Shown here in pieces: positions 58,457-64,000 of a stretch of DNA of 64,000 nt. The position numbers and the translations under genes were made by a program. Each line of letters begins with the position of its first letter. The stretch's first letter is position 1. Source of the DNA: Smithellaceae bacterium (GTDB taxonomy: Bacteria; Desulfobacterota; Syntrophia; Syntrophales; Smithellaceae). Under the pieces are notes generated by a model. That model had not been told where the DNA came from. It was given only the letters and a program-made list of their open reading frames with translations, and searched no databases. The stretch is from the NCBI GenBank assembly GCA_963667845.2, contig CAXXVL010000002.1, forward strand, positions 384,001-448,000. Reading direction: 5' to 3'.

Positions 58457-61141
58457 ATGGGACAGGCACAAGCAGAATCAAAGCAGGCAAAGTCGGCAGG
58501 ACGGATCGATCGCAAGGTAGCGCCGGGCCCGCAGGGCAGACTTTTAAAGGATGAACTGGCGGAAATCATCCATCAAGCGGTTCGGGACAATCGCAGCTAC
58601 CTGATGGAACACGAAAGCAAGGAAATTCTGGAAGGCATCGGCATTGCAACCACCGGTTACCTCGTGGCGCGCTCCGAAGATGAAGCGCTGGCCATCTGTG
58701 ATAAAATCGGCTTCCCCGTGGTGATGAAAATTGTCTCTCCGGATGTCGTTCACAAAACGGATGCCGGCGGCGTCAAGCTCAACTTGCTGAACGCCGACGA
58801 TGTGCGCAAAGCTTACCGCGACATTCTGGAAACATTCAAATACCAGCATATCGAAGGCGTCGCGGTGCAGCGCATGGCCAAAGCGGGCATCGAAGCGATT
58901 ATCGGCGTCACGCGCGATCCCAGCTTCGGTCCGCTCATCATGTTCGGCCTGGGCGGCGTGTTCGTCGAAGTCCTGCGCGACGTATCTTTCCGCATTCTGC
59001 CGATTACTGAAAAAGACGCCGCACAGATGATTGAAGACATCCGCGGCTCGGGTATTCTCAAAGGGTATCGCGGACAGGCCGTCGATCTCGACTCTCTCAA
59101 GGGGCTGCTTTTGAAAATATCACGGCTGGTCATGGAAAATCCTGAAATCAGCGAACTGGACCTCAATCCGCTGTTTCTGTATCCGGACGGTTATATCACC
59201 GTCGATGCCCGGATGTTTGTCAGCGAACCGGCTAAGCACGAGCATACTACGGCAACCGGCGCGGAGAGCCTGCACGATTTCTTTTATCCGCAGAGCATCG
59301 CGGTGATCGGAGCCTCCGATGTCGAGGGCAAACTGGGTTATAATGTTTTTAAGAATCTGACCAGCCACCATTATCCCGGATCGCTCTACCCGATCAATCC
59401 GGGCAAAGAATCCGTGATGGGTGTTCATGCCTATAAATCAGTCATGGATGTACCCCAACCCGTGGACCTGGCCATTGTCATTGTGCCGGCGAAGGCGGTC
59501 GAGAGAGCCATTGCGGATTGCTGTGCGAAGGGTGTCCGGTTTGTTGTGGTCGAGGCCGCGGGATTTGCCGAAACCGGTGAAGAAGGCAAGAAGGCTCAGG
59601 AGAGGATTCTGAAAATTATCCGCAAACACGGTTGCCGTGTGCTGGGGCCCAATTGTTCCGGTGTCATCAATACCCATCACAATATGGTACAGTCCATCGG
59701 ACTGCTGGATGATCTCAAAAAGGGCAACGTCGGAATGGTGGCTCAGGCCGGTGTTTATGCGGCGGGAATCCTGACGGGATTAAGCAATGTTCTTGATTTC
59801 GGAATTGTGGCCACCATCGGCAACAAGATGGACATCAACGAAACGGATATTCTGGAATACTTAAGCGACGATGATCATATCTCAGTGATCGTTATGTATA
59901 TGGAAGACGTCCGTAGCGGCAAGAGGTTTGTCGATGTCGCCTCGCGGGCGGCGGTCCGCAAACCCGTGATCGTTCTGAAATCGGGACGGACGGAGGCCGG
60001 CAAAAAAGCCGTCTCATCGCATACCGCGTCTCTCGCCGGCAATGACGAAGTCAACAGCGCAGCCTTCAGGCAGAGCGGTGTCATCCGGGCCCGGGACAAC
60101 GAGCACCTTTTCGCGCTGACGCGCGCTTTCTCCAAGCAGCCCGTCCCGAAAGGCAGCGGCGTCCTCGTTATTACCTACACCGGCTCGCTGGGTGTTGCGG
60201 CCACCGACATGCTGTATCTCTCCGATATGCGCCTGGCCACGCTGGAACCGTATTTTAAGCAGCGCCTGAAAAGTGCCCTGCCCGATTACGCCAGTGTCGG
60301 GAATCCCATCGACTGCTCCTTTTCCATGACGCCCGAGCAGGTGAAGAACCTGATCGAAATCGGTGTGGAATCGGGCGACGTGTCGAGCTTCATCGTCGTG
60401 ATTCAGGGCGAGATTCTGGGTTCGTTCGTCGACGTCATGAAAAACATCGACTATAAGGAAAAGCCGGTGATGTGCGTCGTCGCCTGCAAGGAATTCATGA
60501 TTAACGACGTCGTAAAGATGGAGCAGGCCGGATTCCCCGTCTACTCCACGGCGGAAATGGCGGCGGAAGTTCTGGGGCAGATGTATCACTATGGCGTGAG
60601 ACGGCAAAGCGCCCTCACAGATTCTATCGCACGTCATCTGACCAAAGACGCGTTTTCTGTGGACAGCAATCCCGTGCGCCTGAGGCTGATCAACCCGAAG
60701 GACATCGGCCTGTGGACGGATTTTGTGAACGGCTGCTCGGAACGATCTCTGTGGCTGCGATTCTTATCCCCCTTCAGCGCTACGCCGGAACGGGCGCAGC
60801 GCTTCTGCAACCTCAACCCGGAAGAAGAAGTCGCCGTGGTCGCAGAGATGAAAGTCGGCGATCAGTATAAGTTCCTGGGCATCGCGCGTCTGATCAAAAA
60901 CAAACGCTGCGAAGGCGAGGCGGAATACGCCATCATCATTTCCGATCCCTGGCAGAATAAGTCGCTTGGCATCACCCTGACCGAGCAGTGCATTGAGCTG
61001 GCCAAAAAGGAAGGCCTAAAGACCCTCCGGGCGGAAACCATTCAAGAGAATTACCCCATGATCAGAATCTTCCGCCACTCCGACTTTGCCATTGACGGTA
61101 AAGACGAGAACATGGTCTCGATGTCGCTGAACCTTTCGTGA
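58457..61141 (+). CDS. ADP-forming acyl-CoA synthetase-like protein fused to a C-terminal GNAT (Pat-like protein acyltransferase)
   Basis: ATP-grasp (VHKTDAGG, DLNP), CoA-binding (IAVIGAS, GPNCSG, SHTASLAG, NPID), GNAT (AEYAIIISDPWQNKSLG). Confidence 0.88.
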   Translation: MGQAQAESKQAKSAGRIDRKVAPGPQGRLLKDELAEIIHQAVRDNRSYLMEHESKEILEGIGIATTGYLVARSEDEALAICDKIGFPVVMKIVSPDVVHKTDAGGVKLNLLNADDVRKAYRDILETFKYQHIEGVAVQRMAKAGIEAIIGVTRDPSFGPLIMFGLGGVFVEVLRDVSFRILPITEKDAAQMIEDIRGSGILKGYRGQAVDLDSLKGLLLKISRLVMENPEISELDLNPLFLYPDGYITVDARMFVSEPAKHEHTTATGAESLHDFFYPQSIAVIGASDVEGKLGYNVFKNLTSHHYPGSLYPINPGKESVMGVHAYKSVMDVPQPVDLAIVIVPAKAVERAIADCCAKGVRFVVVEAAGFAETGEEGKKAQERILKIIRKHGCRVLGPNCSGVINTHHNMVQSIGLLDDLKKGNVGMVAQAGVYAAGILTGLSNVLDFGIVATIGNKMDINETDILEYLSDDDHISVIVMYMEDVRSGKRFVDVASRAAVRKPVIVLKSGRTEAGKKAVSSHTASLAGNDEVNSAAFRQSGVIRARDNEHLFALTRAFSKQPVPKGSGVLVITYTGSLGVAATDMLYLSDMRLATLEPYFKQRLKSALPDYASVGNPIDCSFSMTPEQVKNLIEIGVESGDVSSFIVVIQGEILGSFVDVMKNIDYKEKPVMCVVACKEFMINDVVKMEQAGFPVYSTAEMAAEVLGQMYHYGVRRQSALTDSIARHLTKDAFSVDSNPVRLRLINPKDIGLWTDFVNGCSERSLWLRFLSPFSATPERAQRFCNLNPEEEVAVVAEMKVGDQYKFLGIARLIKNKRCEGEAEYAIIISDPWQNKSLGITLTEQCIELAKKEGLKTLRAETIQENYPMIRIFRHSDFAIDGKDENMVSMSLNLS

Positions 61142-61462
61142 AGCGTATCTCGTCATTCGTGAATCATAGGGAACGGTCTTGCCGCCCGCAGGATGGCCGC
61201 GACCGTTCCCTATTTTTTTCCTGAACTTTATAGTGAACGGCTGTGCGAGATCACACATGCCGGATGGCTGTTCACCGCACGCTATGTCCCACAGAGCGAC
61301 GCTCGTTGGTAAGGAACGTATGACCTCTTTGTCATTTCTTCCTGAGATAAACGCAGGAAGTCAATCCCTTATCCGTAACCCCGTGCGCATTTCTGTCTAA
61401 AAAATATAGATCATGCTATGATCGTTCGGCCGTATCGGATCCGGCCCGGAAAGCAGAGTGGC

Positions 61463-61627
61463 ATGTCGAGAAAAAGCGTTATCGTGATTGCGATGGTTAT
61501 CGGCTCAGTTGCAGGAGGGTACGCACCCTCATTGCTCGGTTCCGACTCCCTCGTCCTTTCACTGGCTGGAAGTACCTTGGGTGGACTTCTTGGCATCTGG
61601 ATAGCCTTCAAACTGTATGATGGATAG
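61463..61627 (+). CDS. small two-TM Gly-rich membrane protein (54 aa)
   Basis: MSRKSVIVIAMVIGSVAGGYAPSLLG...GSTLGGLLGIWIAFKL with GxxxG repeats. Confidence 0.6.
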   Translation: MSRKSVIVIAMVIGSVAGGYAPSLLGSDSLVLSLAGSTLGGLLGIWIAFKLYDG

Positions 61628-61702
61628 ATCCATAATGATGGTCATCCAGTGCTGCGAAAGTCAACCGCTGTATCATCGCCGCCCCGGAAATGGGATCAGG
61701 TA

Positions 61703-62311
61703 ATGCGCGCATCAAATCACCGAGATCGGAATAGTCACTGCCTGCGCTGTTACCAGCGTCGGGAAATCTGCATCTGCCCGATTCTGCCCACGGTACAAAC
61801 TCGGGCAGCATTTATAATCCTGCGGCACATTACCGAGGCATGGCGCCCCAGCAACACCGGCCGGTTGGTTACGCTCACGATGCCGAACTCACGAATTATT
61901 TCCTGCGGGGGTGGAGACCGCATCGGGCCTTCATCACTTGACGACGAATTACTGCAGGCTCCGGGAACATGGCTGCTATGGCCTGATGGACCCGGCTCAG
62001 ATCCGGAGCGTTCGGAGCTGATCCAGCCTAGTCGAATCGTGGTTCTGGATGCGACCTGGCATCAGGCGCGCCGGTTGTATACCCGCACGCCGGCGCTCTC
62101 GACCTTGCCCCGGCTGGCTCTGCCTGCGCCCAAGCGCTCTCGGGACCGTCTGCGCGAGCAACACCGCCCGGATGGAATGTCCACGCTTGAGGCGGTGGCG
62201 GCAGCGGTTGCGAAGATCGAGGGGGCAAAAGTGGCCGAGCCGCTGGAAAAGCTCTATGATGAAATGGTCCGACGCACCAATTCCTTGCGCTGGGGCGACG
62301 GGCTGTCTTGA
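61703..62311 (+). CDS. DTW-domain protein (tRNA-uridine aminocarboxypropyltransferase, TapT/YfiP-like)
   Basis: CxxC...CxC zinc motif, HxxE...SNTG, VLDATWHQA, MSTLEA. Confidence 0.85.
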   Translation: MRASNHRDRNSHCLRCYQRREICICPILPTVQTRAAFIILRHITEAWRPSNTGRLVTLTMPNSRIISCGGGDRIGPSSLDDELLQAPGTWLLWPDGPGSDPERSELIQPSRIVVLDATWHQARRLYTRTPALSTLPRLALPAPKRSRDRLREQHRPDGMSTLEAVAAAVAKIEGAKVAEPLEKLYDEMVRRTNSLRWGDGLS

Positions 62312-62483
62312 TCGTTTCAGGGTAAACTGGAACAAGGAGCCAAGCATAATAACTATTCTTATTAAGGATAAACATGGAAACTCTTTAAACATTTTTCCCC
62401 GCAGTCCGCACTTGATGTATTTATCAAAATATGCAACGTTTTAAGTAATAATGCGTATTGCCACTCTCTCGGGAGATTAGTCC

Positions 62484-64000
62484 ATGTCTGAGCCCATTCG
62501 CATCCTTATTCTGGAAGATAACCCTGCTGATGCCGAGCTGGTTCAGTTCGAACTTCAGGAAGCAAATTTAGTTTTCACAGCAAAAGTCGTGATGACTAAA
62601 AAAGATTTCATTCGCGAGCTTGACGAATTTTGTCCCGATCTGATCTTATCCGATTATGACCTCCCCAGATACAACGGTGCACTGGCACTGGCCGAGACAA
62701 AAAAAAGATGCCCCGATTCACCTTTTATTTTAGTTACCGGGGCTGTGAGTGAAGACCGGGCCATCGAAATTTTGACCCAGGGGGCCAAGGATTACGTTCT
62801 GAAAACCCGGCTTGAACAGCGACTGGCGCCCGCTGTTAAGAGAGCTCTCGCGGAGGCAGAGGAACATCGGGCACGAAAACAGGCGGAAAAGGACCTTAAG
62901 ACCGCCCACGCCGAGCTTCAGGTGAAGGTTAGCGAAAGGACGGCTGCACTGGAAAATGAAATAGCGCAGCGCCGGAAGATAGAAAAAGTACTGCGGGAGA
63001 GCGAAGAGCGATTCCGCTCCGTTATGGACAACATGTCAGAGGGCCTGTTGATTTTCGATGCCGAAGGCAATTTCACCTACCAGAATCCTGCATCACTGCG
63101 GATCCACGGTTTTGGGATGCCGGAAGCCGGGCATGTCGAAAAAGAGAATCTGCCGGCGACCTGGAAAGGTTTAGACGAAAATGGCCATCCGATTCCGTTC
63201 GAGGACTGGCCTGTCTTCCGGGTGCTGCGGGGCGAACATTTCCAGAATCAGATCCTGCACGTCATAAGAATCGAGACCGGCAAGGAATTCTTCGGCAGCT
63301 ACAACGGTTGTCCGATCTTTGACGCCGACGGCAGGCTGACCTTCGGGTTCATCACTATTCGAGAGATTACCGAGCAGCGCAATATCGAAAAGGCCTTACG
63401 CGAGAGCGAAATCCATTTGGCTCGGGCGCAGGAAATCGCTCATCTGGGAAGTTGGGCCTGGGATATTGCGACGGATCATCTTCACTGGTCAGACGAAACC
63501 TACCGGTTGTTCGGGCTCCAACCCGGGGAATTTGTCCCTCGGAATGAGGATTTCCTCAGTTTCGTCCATCCCGGGGACCGGTCGCGAGTGGAACAGTCCA
63601 TACAAGATGCGCTCACCCATGGACCCTATAACCTCGACTTCCGCATTATCAAAAAAGGAGGAGAGGAACGCTACGTTCACAGCCAGGCGCAGACCATCTT
63701 CAGCAAAGACGGCCTCCCGATAAAGATGGAGGGCACAGTCCAGGACATCACCGAGCGCAAGCGAGCCGAGCAGACGCTGCAGAAGAGAGAGCGTCTCCTG
63801 CAGGATGTTATTGACGGGAGCACTTCCCCTGTTTTCCTGAAAGACATTGACGGGAAGTTCATCACCATCAACAAGTCGTTGGAGAGAATGCTGGGGATGT
63901 CACGGGAGGAAATAACAGGCAAGACCGACTACGATATCGCACCCAGGGAAGTTGCCGACTACTGGCGGACTCATGATAAAGCAGCGATGGCAAATGCTCA
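62484..64000 (+). CDS. REC plus multi-PAS signalling protein (probable hybrid kinase), 3'-truncated; absent from the ORF track
   Basis: GGGAG RBS; MSEPIRILILEDNPADAEL...LSDYDLP...VTG...GAKDYVLK receiver, coiled coil, then PAS repeats (LRESEERFRS; AQEIAHLGSWAWD; QDITERKRAE) in one frame to the window edge. Confidence 0.88.
   Translation, partial: MSEPIRILILEDNPADAELVQFELQEANLVFTAKVVMTKKDFIRELDEFCPDLILSDYDLPRYNGALALAETKKRCPDSPFILVTGAVSEDRAIEILTQGAKDYVLKTRLEQRLAPAVKRALAEAEEHRARKQAEKDLKTAHAELQVKVSERTAALENEIAQRRKIEKVLRESEERFRSVMDNMSEGLLIFDAEGNFTYQNPASLRIHGFGMPEAGHVEKENLPATWKGLDENGHPIPFEDWPVFRVLRGEHFQNQILHVIRIETGKEFFGSYNGCPIFDADGRLTFGFITIREITEQRNIEKALRESEIHLARAQEIAHLGSWAWDIATDHLHWSDETYRLFGLQPGEFVPRNEDFLSFVHPGDRSRVEQSIQDALTHGPYNLDFRIIKKGGEERYVHSQAQTIFSKDGLPIKMEGTVQDITERKRAEQTLQKRERLLQDVIDGSTSPVFLKDIDGKFITINKSLERMLGMSREEITGKTDYDIAPREVADYWRTHDKAAMANA

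Overview
Moderate-GC bacterial chromosomal window. Gene content points to a syntrophic Desulfobacterota (Syntrophales/Smithella-like) organism; this is inferred from content, not from a search. The left part is mostly housekeeping: glmM, pyrG, surE, a gmhA-grpE-dnaK operon divergent from three Hsp20 genes, and ubiE/menG. A five-gene minus-strand cluster at 19430-26633 encodes an intact SAMHD1-like HD phosphohydrolase overlapping an NrdD homologue whose glycyl-radical motif is destroyed (RxxGY reads QLTKY; no nrdG in the window), followed by an SH3 protein, an M48 lipoprotease and a CHASE2 adenylate cyclase. The middle holds two tandem porin paralogues with a sigma54 plus sigma70 promoter, a 34-aa Lys-rich sORF missing from the ORF track, a beta-CASP nuclease, an MFS transporter, and a 741-aa HTH-like/degenerate-cyclase-like/TPR protein. 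That protein is divergent from an unusual non-acylating ALDH::Fe-ADH fusion. The right part is an acyl-CoA catabolism and signalling region: acyl-CoA dehydrogenase, ADP-forming acyl-CoA ligases, a two-subunit CoA-transferase, an orphan solute-binding protein, two PAS-kinase/NarL pairs, TetR, NfeD-SPFH, a DTW protein and a partial REC-PAS protein. Non-coding structure includes a three-copy modular REP/MITE-like palindrome family, several heptamer tandem arrays at gene 3' ends and a decayed phospholipase D pseudogene. I saw no rRNA, tRNA, CRISPR array or transposase. The best candidate for a new system is the HD dNTPase plus pseudo-ribonucleotide-reductase pair. A recurring theme is apparent pseudoenzyme domains (NrdD, CoA-transferase-GNAT, cyclase-like). 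All calls come from reading motifs by eye; no searches were run.
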